From Bacteroidota bacterium (GTDB taxonomy: Bacteria; Bacteroidota; Ignavibacteria; UBA10030), in NCBI GenBank assembly GCA_049644265.1, contig JBARRO010000005.1, forward strand, positions 36,576 to 100,575: a stretch of DNA of 64,000 nt, written 5' to 3'. Of the stretch, positions 18,243 to 27,984 are shown one piece after another. A program made the position numbers and the translations under genes. The notes beneath the pieces were generated by a model. That model saw only the letters and a program-made list of their open reading frames with translations, searched no databases and was not told the DNA's origin. Numbering within the stretch: the first letter of the stretch is position 1; every line of letters begins with the position of its first letter.

Positions 18243-18656
18243 ATGAAAAGCATCGTATTTGTTCTTGGAATGTTGCTGGTCGCAGGGATGGGCTATGCGC
18301 AGGAGAAAAAGGCCGAAAGCGTCAGACTATATGTGTCGGGGATGCATTGTGAGAATTGTGTCGACGAAGTGACCGATGCGCTTCAGGAGGTCAAAGGGGT
18401 GAGCGGAGTAAAGGTCAGCTTGAAAGACAAGATTGCGGATGTAACGCTGGCCTCGAACACCGCCGTTTCAACCGACAACCTGATCAAGGCAGTCACCGAC
18501 GCAGGATTCACCGCCTCCACCACCAAGCCCGCAAAGGATGCGAAGGTGGAACCAAAGAAGATGGGCAAGGAAGGCAAGGATGGTAAAGAATGCGAAGATG
18601 AAAGCGGAGATTGCTGCAAGAAGAAAGAGGTAAAGAAGGAAACAAAGAAGAGCTGA
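18243..18656 (+). CDS. Secreted heavy-metal-associated (HMA) domain protein, CopZ-like, with a Lys/Cys-rich tail
   Basis: ATG 18243 follows GGAGAGAGAGAAA. Signal peptide MKSIVFVLGMLLVAGMGYAQE. HMA motif GMHCENC. The C-terminal tail reads KECEDESGDCCKKKE. Confidence 0.75.
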   Translation: MKSIVFVLGMLLVAGMGYAQEKKAESVRLYVSGMHCENCVDEVTDALQEVKGVSGVKVSLKDKIADVTLASNTAVSTDNLIKAVTDAGFTASTTKPAKDAKVEPKKMGKEGKDGKECEDESGDCCKKKEVKKETKKS

Positions 18657-19359
18657 TGCGCGGATACACAAGCTGGCACGAAACACAACGGATTCGTCAT
18701 CCCTGCCCGCCTTAATAGTTCTATGAAGGCAGGCGGGCCCACATGATTTAAGTGGGGATCTGATTTACCTCAGGTACTAAGCCTTCGTCCTTGTTTGTAT
18801 CAGATTCCCTGCCTGCGGCAGGCAGGCCGCTAACAACATGCGGGAATGACGCTTTCTTGGTTTGTTCTCCTCCCGATATACAAAGGAATCGTCACCTCCT
18901 CTCACAAGAGAGCACAAAGTGGCGATTCCTTTTTTTCTAACCGCAAAGGGCGCAAAGAAGGCGCTCAGATCGCAAAGAGATAAAATGGGGCCGGGGGAGG
19001 GGTCTCCTAACATCTCCGTCCCCCACTCACCGCTCACCAATTTCCGCCGGAGGCGCCTGCCCGCCAAACAGATTTGTTGAAGGCAGGCGGGGATGCGCTC
19101 GACGAGTCGAGTCGTCGACCTCTGGCGCAAACCACTCACGATTCATTCGACCATTCTCCTTAACTCCCCAGCTCCCCCCCGCCCCATTTCTCCGTTGCGC
19201 CAAATGAGATCCCGCCGCCTCTCTCTCATCCCCACCTTGTGATTCCATCCACTTTTCCTTATTTTCCTTCAGTTCAACGACCCTGACGGTCCTCATTTTT
19301 CGGGACAGTCGGGGTGAGGTGTTTTTGTCCCAATCAGTGAGCTGAAAGCAGACGACAGA

Positions 19360-22300
19360 ATGCAGACTTTGAGTGAGGATGAAATCAGAATTGATGTTGT
19401 GAAGAAGCGGATCGTCGGCTCTGCACCGATCGAGGATCTGAGCAACCGAAGTCGTGAGCTTCGAAGAGGACAACGTCTCGACTGTAAAGGGGTCAGGGGG
19501 TCGCTTATGGCATTCCTCGCGGCCGCTGTGTTTGAAAAACGTGGCTCGCAGCTTCTTCTCATCGTACCGGAGGACGATACTGCAGAAAAACTCCGGGACG
19601 ATTGTGCGCTGCTTCTTGGAGAGAATGCCGTCCGCTGGTTGGGCCACGGGACGAGTCACAAGGCCAAGTTGCTCGACATGACTGGCCCCCTTGCGCAGAT
19701 TGAAACCCTTACAGCCCTGGCAAGCCGCGAGATTGTCCTCGTGATATCCTCCGCTGCCGCCCTCTCCGTTCCGGTTCCCTCCCCGCAGGAACTGAACAGC
19801 GGAACCATGGTTCTGTCGGTGAACGCGGACCACCCGTTTACCCGCCTTCTTGAAGAGCTTTTGGAACTCGGCTTCGAAAAGAAGGACTTTGTCGAGGAGT
19901 ACGGAGATTTTGCCGTGCGCGGAGGGATTGTCGACATTTTTCCGTTCGTGGGGGACAACCCAATCCGAATCGAATTCTGGGGAGACAGCATTCAATCCCT
20001 CCGCGAGTTCGACGTGCTCTCCCAGCGGTCAATTCGAACCCTGGAGTCCGCGAAGATTATCGCCGGCTTCTCAAAAAACCTCTCAGAGTCGGAGGGCCCA
20101 CCGGCACGCTTCCCTGTGCCTTCTTCATCACTCCTCCAATATCTGGAAGAAAACACTCTCATCCTTGTCGATGAACCCTCTCTGATCGAACAAGGCATTG
20201 CGGAGCTTCGCAAAGAAGGAATCGCACAGTTTCACGGCTGGGAAACGTTGAAACGTCAGCTTGCAGAATTTCCCCAGGTTGTCCATTCGACGATTGCCCA
20301 TCCGCGCGAATCTGAACCCATCGATTTTTCTTCGCTTCCTCAGCCGCCGATCCAGGGCAGCATGAAATTCCTCGTCCACCATATCAAAGACCTGACCAGG
20401 CGCGGGTTGGATGTCTTCATTGCATGCGACACAAAAGAGGAAATCCTGAGAATCAAAGAACTCCTTGAGGAAGAATCTGCAATTCCGGAAGAAGCGGAGG
20501 AGAACCAGCCGGATTTCGCAACTGCGCGTGGACTTCGCTACACGGTGCTTGCGGACACTCTCCACTCGGGTTTCATTTATGAGCCGGGCAGCCTCGCGTT
20601 ATTTACCGAGCACGAAGTATTTGGCCGCCTCAAAAGACGCGGCAGTCCCAAGAAGAGCCGGTTTAAGGGATTTACCCAAAAGGAGCTTCTCCAGCTGCGA
20701 CGCGGCGATTTCGTGGTCCACGCCGATTACGGCATCGGAGCATTCGCGGGGCTTCAAAAAATCAGGGTCCGGGGCGTCGAACAGGAAGTGATGAAAATTC
20801 GGTACGACGCAGGGGACGCAATCTATGTGAACCTCAACTACATCAACCGCGTGCAGAAGTACGCTTCCCGGGAAGGCCATATCCCGACCGTGACGAAACT
20901 CGGGTCTCCCGAATGGGAACGGCTCAAATCCCGCGCCCGGCGAAAAATCAAGGACATGGCGCGCGACCTGATCAAACTCTACGCACGGAGAAAGCGGGAA
21001 GGGGGATATTCATTCGCGGCCGATACGCATTGGCAAAAGGAGATGGAGGCGTCGTTCATGTATGAGGACACTCCGGATCAATCCTCCGCAACGCGCGATG
21101 TCAAAAAGGACATGGAGACCCCTTCCCCGATGGATCGGCTGATTTGCGGAGACGTCGGCTTCGGCAAAACGGAGGTTGCCGTGCGCGCTGCATTCAAGGC
21201 CGTTATGAATGGAAAACAAGCCGCGATTCTCGTCCCCACGACCATCCTTGCGCAGCAGCATTTCCATACATTTGTGGACCGGCTTGGCCGTTACCCTGTG
21301 CGGGTGGAGTCCATATCACGGTTCAAATCCACCAAAGACCAGAAGCAGATCCTTGAGAACCTGAAATCCGGCCAGCTCGACGTTCTTATCGGAACCCATC
21401 GGCTTCTGTCAAAAGATGTCACGTTTAAGGACCTCGGGTTGCTGGTTATAGACGAAGAGCACCGGTTTGGCGTTGCGGCGAAAGAAAAACTCCGTCAGCT
21501 TCGGGCGACCGTGGACACGCTCACCCTGACGGCAACGCCGATTCCCCGGACATTGCAGTTCTCCATGATGGGCGCGCGTGATCTTTCCATCATCAACACT
21601 CCCCCGAGAAACCGCCTGCCGATTGTCACCGAGATCGTTGAATACAATATCGCGCTGATACGGGAAGCAATTCTCAAGGAACTTCATCGTGGCGGTCAGG
21701 TGTATTTCATTCATGACCGGATTCAGAACATGGAGGAGATCCGGATGCTCCTGGAAGAGCGCATTCCCGAAGCACGGTTCCGATCGGCTCACGGCCAGAT
21801 GAAAGGCCACGAACTTGAAAAAACGATGATGGATTTCCTGGAGAAGAAGAATGACGTCCTTCTTTGCACGAAGATTATCGAATCCGGGATCGACATCCCG
21901 AGCGTCAACACCATCCTGATCAACCGGGCGGATCGTTTTGGACTTGCGGAGTTGTACCAACTGCGAGGGCGGGTCGGGCGCTCAAACATTCAGGCGTATG
22001 CCTATCTTCTCACACCACCGCTCTCGTCATTGCCGAAGCAGACACTGCGAAGACTCCAGGCAATTCAGGAATTTACAGAGCTCGGGTCGGGATTTAATCT
22101 GGCGATGAGGGACCTCGAAATTCGCGGTGCGGGTAATTTGCTGGGGGGTGAGCAATCAGGGTTCATTATGGAGATGGGATTCGAGCTTTACCAGCGAATT
22201 GTCGAGGAAGCTGTGCAGGAGTTGAAGGAGGCGGAATTTTCGGAATTGTTTAAGGACGAGACAAAGACCTTGAAGGGCCGACAAGCCGACGAGGCGATCA

Positions 22301-22833
22301 TTGAAACCGACATTGAAGCGCTGATCCCGGACGCGTATATCGAATCGGATGCGGAGAGGCTCGATATCTACCGAAGGCTGGCGCGAACGATGAACCCGGT
22401 GGATATTCATGCTCTGAGAGCTGAACTGAGGGATCGCTTTGGCGAATATCCTCCGGAGGTGGAGCATCTATTCGTTTTGGTAGAGTTGAAAGCGCTCGCA
22501 TCCAACCTGTCAATCGCCCGGCTTGAGCTCGACGGTCAGAGGTTGTCTTTGTTCCTGCCACCCTCGGACCGCAAGTCGTTCTATGAATCGGAGACCGGCG
22601 AGCCGCTGTTCCAGGTTCTCATGGCAAGGGTCTCGACGATGGGGGAATACCATCCGCATCTGAAGCAGGAGGGAAAGCAGCTGAAGCTGAACATGAGGAT
22701 TCCCGCCAGCTCAGGGCCCGCCATACGATTGAACGCCATCCGGAAGGTCCTGGACGAGCTTTCAGGCCAGAATTTGGCTGGAAAACGGGCCTCCGGAAAA
22801 TTATCCGAGAATCCTCTTGACAGGGGGAACTAA
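19360..22833 (+). CDS. mfd: Transcription-repair coupling factor
   Basis: 1157 aa. The RecG-like helicase core carries DVGFGKTEVA (Walker A) and a DEEH box, plus TRCF and CarD-like regions. Confidence 0.9.
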   Translation: MQTLSEDEIRIDVVKKRIVGSAPIEDLSNRSRELRRGQRLDCKGVRGSLMAFLAAAVFEKRGSQLLLIVPEDDTAEKLRDDCALLLGENAVRWLGHGTSHKAKLLDMTGPLAQIETLTALASREIVLVISSAAALSVPVPSPQELNSGTMVLSVNADHPFTRLLEELLELGFEKKDFVEEYGDFAVRGGIVDIFPFVGDNPIRIEFWGDSIQSLREFDVLSQRSIRTLESAKIIAGFSKNLSESEGPPARFPVPSSSLLQYLEENTLILVDEPSLIEQGIAELRKEGIAQFHGWETLKRQLAEFPQVVHSTIAHPRESEPIDFSSLPQPPIQGSMKFLVHHIKDLTRRGLDVFIACDTKEEILRIKELLEEESAIPEEAEENQPDFATARGLRYTVLADTLHSGFIYEPGSLALFTEHEVFGRLKRRGSPKKSRFKGFTQKELLQLRRGDFVVHADYGIGAFAGLQKIRVRGVEQEVMKIRYDAGDAIYVNLNYINRVQKYASREGHIPTVTKLGSPEWERLKSRARRKIKDMARDLIKLYARRKREGGYSFAADTHWQKEMEASFMYEDTPDQSSATRDVKKDMETPSPMDRLICGDVGFGKTEVAVRAAFKAVMNGKQAAILVPTTILAQQHFHTFVDRLGRYPVRVESISRFKSTKDQKQILENLKSGQLDVLIGTHRLLSKDVTFKDLGLLVIDEEHRFGVAAKEKLRQLRATVDTLTLTATPIPRTLQFSMMGARDLSIINTPPRNRLPIVTEIVEYNIALIREAILKELHRGGQVYFIHDRIQNMEEIRMLLEERIPEARFRSAHGQMKGHELEKTMMDFLEKKNDVLLCTKIIESGIDIPSVNTILINRADRFGLAELYQLRGRVGRSNIQAYAYLLTPPLSSLPKQTLRRLQAIQEFTELGSGFNLAMRDLEIRGAGNLLGGEQSGFIMEMGFELYQRIVEEAVQELKEAEFSELFKDETKTLKGRQADEAIIETDIEALIPDAYIESDAERLDIYRRLARTMNPVDIHALRAELRDRFGEYPPEVEHLFVLVELKALASNLSIARLELDGQRLSLFLPPSDRKSFYESETGEPLFQVLMARVSTMGEYHPHLKQEGKQLKLNMRIPASSGPAIRLNAIRKVLDELSGQNLAGKRASGKLSENPLDRGN

Positions 22834-22874
22834 ACCTATTATATTTGAGTTAGTATATTTTGAATTCAAAATAA

Positions 22875-23333
22875 ATGAAAACGACTCAGCAATACGGCAA
22901 ACGGGCAGATCGGGCACTCAGTATGTGGGTAAAACTGGTCCGGGCGACCACAACGTTCGGACGCCTTACCCAGGAAAACATCCGCACATTCGGACTCACG
23001 GAACCGCAATTCGGTGCGCTCGAATGCCTGGGACATCTTGGTCCGATGACCATCGGCGACCTTTGCAGGAAGCAACTGGTAAGCGGTGGTAACATGACGG
23101 TTGTCGTTGATAACCTGGAAAAAGAAGGACTCGTCGAGCGCATTCGTCCGAAGGAAGACCGGCGTGTCGTGCGGGTTCGGCTTACGAGAAAAGGGAAGAA
23201 GCTCTTCGCCGAGATCTTCGCCAAGCATGCTGAACATGTCGCGAGCATTGCGTCTGTCCTTACCGACGAAGAGCAAGAGCAGCTCGGAGCCCTTGCGAAG
23301 AAGCTGGGACTGGCGCTCAAAGAACCGTCGTAA
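22875..23333 (+). CDS. MarR family transcriptional regulator
   Basis: 152 aa with a winged-helix MarR signature (…GLTEPQFGALECLGHLGPMTIGDLCRK…). Confidence 0.8.
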   Translation: MKTTQQYGKRADRALSMWVKLVRATTTFGRLTQENIRTFGLTEPQFGALECLGHLGPMTIGDLCRKQLVSGGNMTVVVDNLEKEGLVERIRPKEDRRVVRVRLTRKGKKLFAEIFAKHAEHVASIASVLTDEEQEQLGALAKKLGLALKEPS

Positions 23334-23417
23334 TTTTTTTTGGCCATATATTTTAAATTTGAAATAATCGGAACGCAACAAATCCTCACCACACTCACAA
23401 GAAAGGAATCACGGTGT

Positions 23418-23840
23418 ATGAATCTCTTCACATCATCTTATGATCTGATGTCTGTCGGTTTGCTCATTCTTCGCTTAACCCTCGGATCAATCTTCTTTGC
23501 CCACGGTGCACAAAAAGTGCTCGGTTGGTTTGGCGGTTATGGACTGAAGGGAACGCAAGGCCATTTCAAAAACGTTCTCCACATACCCGCTCCGCTGTTC
23601 TATGTCGCAGCGTTCACGGAGTTCTTCGGGGGAATCGCACTCGTGGCCGGAATTCTGACGCAGCTGGCAGCGCTCGGTATTGTCGTTGTCATGACGGTCG
23701 CGATCTTGAAAGCCCACGCGAAGAACGGATTCTTTATGAGTTCGGCCAAGGGGCAGGGTTTTGAGTTCAATCTCGCCCTGATCGCAATGGCAATTCTTCT
23801 GGTTCTGGCCGGTCCCGGAAAGTTTGCAATCTTGGGGTAA
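23418..23840 (+). CDS. DoxX family membrane protein
   Basis: Four-TM DoxX pattern (LRLTLGSIFFAHGAQKVLGWFGG…). ATG 23418 is chosen over the longer track start. Confidence 0.75.
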   Translation: MNLFTSSYDLMSVGLLILRLTLGSIFFAHGAQKVLGWFGGYGLKGTQGHFKNVLHIPAPLFYVAAFTEFFGGIALVAGILTQLAALGIVVVMTVAILKAHAKNGFFMSSAKGQGFEFNLALIAMAILLVLAGPGKFAILG

Positions 23841-23842
23841 GA

Positions 23843-24736
23843 ATGAAAGAACCAGCACAACAGAAAACCATGGACACAGCACGTTTGCCCGACACGACAC
23901 ACATCAGCTTTGTTCAGCTACGCATCTCCGATCTGGGGCGGTCGGTAGAATTCTATTCGGACTTGCTCGGATTCCGGATCGTCGACAGAAACGATTCGAC
24001 GGCCTCATTGGCGGCTGGAAACGATCCGATCATCCTCCTCACGGAAGATCGTGCTGCTGTACAGCGGCCCGGCAGGTCGACCGGACTCTTTCATGCAGCC
24101 ATACGGTTTCCCAACCGCACGGAGCTGGCACGCGTGTTCAAGCGGCTGAACGAAAACCGGTGGCCGTTCCAGGGATTTGCTGACCACGGAGTCAGCGAAG
24201 CGCTTTACCTTGCGGACCCGGACGATATCGGCCTCGAACTCTATGCCGACCGTCCGAAAGAGGATTGGAAATATGTCAACGGTAATCTCCAGATGGGAAC
24301 CTGGGAGCTGGATATTGACAGTCTCGTCGCGCTTCTAGACAAGAATCGGAGCAATGGCAGTACAGCGCAGGAAAAGACCGACATCGGTCACGTGCATCTG
24401 AATATTTCAGACCTTAGCAATGCGGAGCGATTCTACAGCAACACGCTGGGGTTCGATGTTGTTCAACGCGACTACCCGGGTGCGCTCTTTGTTTCAGCCG
24501 GCGGGTATCATCACCACATCGGGTTGAACATCTGGGCCGGCAAGGGAGCTCCACCGCCACCGGCGAACGCCGTGGGGATGATACGGTTCGGAATTGAAAT
24601 CCCCGATGTAATGGGTTTTGATGAATTTCTGGCGAGGGCGGGGGGATCGAGTACAAAACAACAAAACAAACGATCTGTGATTCTTCGTGACCAGGATGGT
24701 ATTGAAATCGAAGTGACAGGTCCAGCAGGCAACTAA
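23843..24736 (+). CDS. Two-domain VOC family protein, glyoxalase/extradiol ring-cleavage dioxygenase-like
   Basis: Two tandem VOC modules (ISFVQLRISDL…; IGHVHLNISDL…). Confidence 0.75.
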   Translation: MKEPAQQKTMDTARLPDTTHISFVQLRISDLGRSVEFYSDLLGFRIVDRNDSTASLAAGNDPIILLTEDRAAVQRPGRSTGLFHAAIRFPNRTELARVFKRLNENRWPFQGFADHGVSEALYLADPDDIGLELYADRPKEDWKYVNGNLQMGTWELDIDSLVALLDKNRSNGSTAQEKTDIGHVHLNISDLSNAERFYSNTLGFDVVQRDYPGALFVSAGGYHHHIGLNIWAGKGAPPPPANAVGMIRFGIEIPDVMGFDEFLARAGGSSTKQQNKRSVILRDQDGIEIEVTGPAGN

Positions 24737-24762
24737 CAGAAGACAAAGGAGTCATACAACAC

Positions 24763-25353
24763 ATGAAGAAAGCAGCATTTTCCCTATTCTATCTCCTGAT
24801 ATTCGCAGGTGCGGCATTCGGCCAGACGGGTCAATGGCGGTTGGATAAAGCGCATTCGAGCATCAGCTTCTCCGTTTCACATATGGTCATTTCGGAAGTC
24901 ACGGGATCGTTTCGGGATTTTGATATCGCCCTTTCGCCCTCCAAGGATGACTTCACCGATGCAACCATCACAGCAAGCATCAATGTTGCGAGCATTTCGA
25001 CGAACAACGACCGGCGGGATGGGCACCTGAAGACCGACGACTTCTTCAATGCCGAGAAATATCCTCAGATAAAGTACACGAGCACGTCATTTGAAAAGAT
25101 TGACGGAAAGAACTACAAGATTCATGGAATGCTTACGATCCGTGATGTGACGAAGGAAGTAACATTCGACGCCGTGTACGAGGGATCCCTCCAAACGGCA
25201 CAGGGAAACTTGGCCGCATGGAAGGCGACGACGTCCATTAACCGCTTTGACTACGGGCTGAAGTGGAACAGGACCATCGAAACGGGGGGGCTTGTGGCGG
25301 GAGAGACCGTGACCATCACGTTGAGTCTTGAGTTCAACCGCCAGAGTACCTGA
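24763..25353 (+). CDS. YceI family periplasmic protein
   Basis: Signal peptide plus a YceI-like lipid/polyisoprenoid-binding barrel (…WRLDKAHSSISFSVSHMVISEVTGSF…). Confidence 0.8.
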   Translation: MKKAAFSLFYLLIFAGAAFGQTGQWRLDKAHSSISFSVSHMVISEVTGSFRDFDIALSPSKDDFTDATITASINVASISTNNDRRDGHLKTDDFFNAEKYPQIKYTSTSFEKIDGKNYKIHGMLTIRDVTKEVTFDAVYEGSLQTAQGNLAAWKATTSINRFDYGLKWNRTIETGGLVAGETVTITLSLEFNRQST

Positions 25354-25364
25354 TCGGTAGGGCT

Positions 25365-25495
25365 CACCTCAAAAACAGTCTGCCACAAAAAGCACAAAAT
25401 GCGCCAAAGGGATTGTTTGGCACATTAACCAGGCCGACTTTTTGTGGCTTTTGTGCTTTCTTGTGGCCATATTTTTTTGAGATAGCCTGATCTCG
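25365..25495. repeat. Intergenic heptamer-armed inverted-repeat element, family copy I
   Basis: The left arm gccacaaaaagcacaaaatgcgcc is complementary to the right arm ttttgtggcttttgtgctttcttgtggcc. This could also serve as a terminator for yceI. Confidence 0.5.
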
Positions 25496-25561
25496 TCAGA
25501 CTGCAAGTGTTTTCTTGATTTTACAATGAGACTGGTGACGGGATGAGATAAAGCGTGGGAA

Positions 25562-26497
25562 TTATGGGCGTGCCGGTTCTTTTCTTTCTTTCACCCGTTC
25601 GTGGGTTTCGTCATGCTGTACAATCGGCTCGAGATGCGTTGTCACCGTGACGGGGTAGGAAAATTGGGATGCGATCGACTCCTCGATCTCCGTCGCCCTT
25701 CTGTGAGCATCTTCGATGAGTGTTCCGTCGGGAAACAGCAGATGTACTTCAACCCACGCCGACGTCCCGCTGCGCCGGTATCGCAGCTCGTGGTATGAGA
25801 CTCCTCCCTCTTCCATCGACGCAGCGAGCACCCCTTTCACTTTCTGCTCCATGTCCGGATCCGCTTCATCCATCAATCCCCCAACCGACTGCCTGATCAA
25901 TTTCCCCCCCGACCAGAGGATATTCAACGCAACAAGGATGGCCAGAATCGGATCGAACGGAAGCCATCCGGTCCAAAGAACAAGGAGGAGTCCAATGATG
26001 ACGCCGAGACTGGTCCACGAGTCGGTAAGGACATGCTTTCCGTTCGCCACCAGGATGATGGAGTTGTTCCGCTTACCCTGCCAGACGAGAAACAGTCCAA
26101 GGCCCGCATTGATCACCGCAGCTCCTGCAACCAACAGAGTGCCGGTGTCAAGATTCTTCAGCTCCAGCCCCTCAAGCCATTTGACGATTGCCTCATAGAT
26201 AATGTAGAAGGCGGCAAAAATGATCATTGCCCCTTCAAAGCCCGCCGAGAAGAAGCTGATCTTGTCGTGCCCGTAAGGATGACTTGTATCCGGCGGCTGG
26301 AGGGAGAGCCAAAGGCTGAATGCCGCAAAGCCCACGGCGAGGACATGCACGACAGATTCTGCGGCGTCGGAGAGAATTGCGGCGGAGCCGGTAATCAGGT
26401 AGGCATAGGTTTTCCCCCCGAACATCAGGATTCCGATGACGAGTGAAAGCCTAATAGCAAACTGCTGCTGACCGACCGAACTTTCAAGACGAGTCAT
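25562..26497 (-). CDS. Cation diffusion facilitator (CDF) family metal efflux transporter
   Basis: 6-TM CDF signature (…LSDAAESVVHV…HPYGHDK…) and a C-terminal cytoplasmic domain. Confidence 0.85.
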   Translation of the reverse strand: MTRLESSVGQQQFAIRLSLVIGILMFGGKTYAYLITGSAAILSDAAESVVHVLAVGFAAFSLWLSLQPPDTSHPYGHDKISFFSAGFEGAMIIFAAFYIIYEAIVKWLEGLELKNLDTGTLLVAGAAVINAGLGLFLVWQGKRNNSIILVANGKHVLTDSWTSLGVIIGLLLVLWTGWLPFDPILAILVALNILWSGGKLIRQSVGGLMDEADPDMEQKVKGVLAASMEEGGVSYHELRYRRSGTSAWVEVHLLFPDGTLIEDAHRRATEIEESIASQFSYPVTVTTHLEPIVQHDETHERVKERKEPARP

Positions 26498-26504
26498 GAG
26501 TTGC

Positions 26505-27665
26505 CTACGCTTTGATGACCCATTTCATTCGATACATGAACCAGGCGATCACATAGAGTCCGAGCATGAACGCAATGGAATGCAGGAATGAAACAACCAT
26601 TGGATCGCCCAGTGGGACAAAGAACGTGTGGTAGTACCAGGTCTTTAGCGAGATGACTTTGTCTTCCGGCCCCATCCAGCGGATAATCCCTGTCAGCCGT
26701 CCGATGATCCCCGCGAGGAAGAACATGGTGATGGCGTTGAGTCCGTAAATCTCGAACGGCTTCGCCCACTTCCGGTAGCCTTTCACGTCGATCATCCAGT
26801 AGCATGACGCCAGCACCGTGAGAGCAAGACCCGCCATGAAGACGGAATAGGAACTGGTCCAAAGGTTCTTGTTGATTGGCAACCAGTTGTCCATGATAAG
26901 GCCCAGCAGGAGGAGTAGACTCCCCGCAACAAACATCCACGCGGTTTTTTCCTCTCTGGTTCGGTCGGTTCGCAGGAAATGTCCCGTGAGCACGCCGAAA
27001 AGCGTTGTAGCGATGGCTGGAATGGTGCTGAAGATTCCTTCGGGGTCGAATCCCGGAACCGGCGCACCCGACCACGTGTGGCCCGCCAGAAGTGTCGAAT
27101 CCAGATACCAGCAGAGGTTTCCCGTCGGAGTCAACACGCCCGGACCGTAACCCGGCACAGGGATAAGTGTCATCATCAGCCAGTAGAACGCCAGCAACGA
27201 CCACACGATCGCCACCTGAGTTCTGATGCCGGTGGTCAGGACAACCATGGAAGAAACAAGGTAACAGACTGCGATGCGTTGCAGGACGCCGGGGATCCGG
27301 ATCGTTGACAGAGAAAAGTGGTGGCCAAAAGCGAGACCGAACGGAAATCCCGCCAGAAAAATTCCCAGCCCGAATATGATTGCAAACCTCTGGACCACGT
27401 GGAGCGCCAGTTTTGACTTGTCGTCTCCTCGCTCCATCCTCTTCGCAAACGAGAACGTCATAGCAACACCGACGATCCAGAGGAAGAACGGAAAAATCGT
27501 GTCGGTAAACGTCCAGCCGTTCCATGCGGCATGTCCCCAGGGGGCATAGATTTTTCCCCAGTCGCCCGGATTGTTCACGAGCATCATGCCGGCGATTGTG
27601 GCGCCGCGAAAGACATCAAGGGAAAGAAGGCGGCCGCTGGTGGGAACGGTGGAAGAGTCTGTCAT
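26505..27665 (-). CDS. DUF1624/DUF5009 acyltransferase-like polytopic membrane protein, HGSNAT-like
   Basis: The N-terminus RLLSLDVFRGATIAGMMLVNNPG is typical of heparan-alpha-glucosaminide N-acetyltransferase-like proteins. About 10 TM. Confidence 0.65.
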   Translation of the reverse strand: MTDSSTVPTSGRLLSLDVFRGATIAGMMLVNNPGDWGKIYAPWGHAAWNGWTFTDTIFPFFLWIVGVAMTFSFAKRMERGDDKSKLALHVVQRFAIIFGLGIFLAGFPFGLAFGHHFSLSTIRIPGVLQRIAVCYLVSSMVVLTTGIRTQVAIVWSLLAFYWLMMTLIPVPGYGPGVLTPTGNLCWYLDSTLLAGHTWSGAPVPGFDPEGIFSTIPAIATTLFGVLTGHFLRTDRTREEKTAWMFVAGSLLLLLGLIMDNWLPINKNLWTSSYSVFMAGLALTVLASCYWMIDVKGYRKWAKPFEIYGLNAITMFFLAGIIGRLTGIIRWMGPEDKVISLKTWYYHTFFVPLGDPMVVSFLHSIAFMLGLYVIAWFMYRMKWVIKA

Positions 27666-27984
27666 AGAAACCTCTGGAGGAAGGTGAAAGGAGCCGGAGA
27701 CCGAACGCCGGTCACCGGGGTCACGGAAGAACGATCATATTGTCAAAGGCGTCATCATCATGCAATTCCAAATCTTCAATCGTCAATCGAAAATCCCTCT
27801 CATCCTCCCCACGCGGTTCCGGAGCGGAAAAAAATCACGATGGCCCAGCCGACGATCAGCGCTGCCAGGATGAGAATGCGGGTCTTTTGCTGTGATGACA
27901 TGTTCTTGTTGTTGGAAAACCGAAAAAAGATAGGAACAATTGAATGGAGATGCAAAAACTTCAAGCGCGCGCAGTCACTATCGA

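Noticed and set aside
18657-19359. tmRNA (ssrA) or RNase P RNA in the long non-coding tract
   Set aside because: The GGGGATCTGATTT segment is superficially tmRNA-like. I found no tRNA-like 3' end (T-arm GGTTCGAATCC … CCA). I also found no RNase P GGAAAGTCCGG core on either strand.
19027-19995. 322-aa ORF on the minus strand
   Set aside because: It is entirely antisense to the well-supported mfd gene, with no family similarity. It is typical GC-rich antisense noise.
26494-27525. 343-aa minus-strand ORF in an alternative frame
   Set aside because: It overlaps the HGSNAT-like membrane protein gene in another frame and has an Arg/Pro-rich low-complexity translation.
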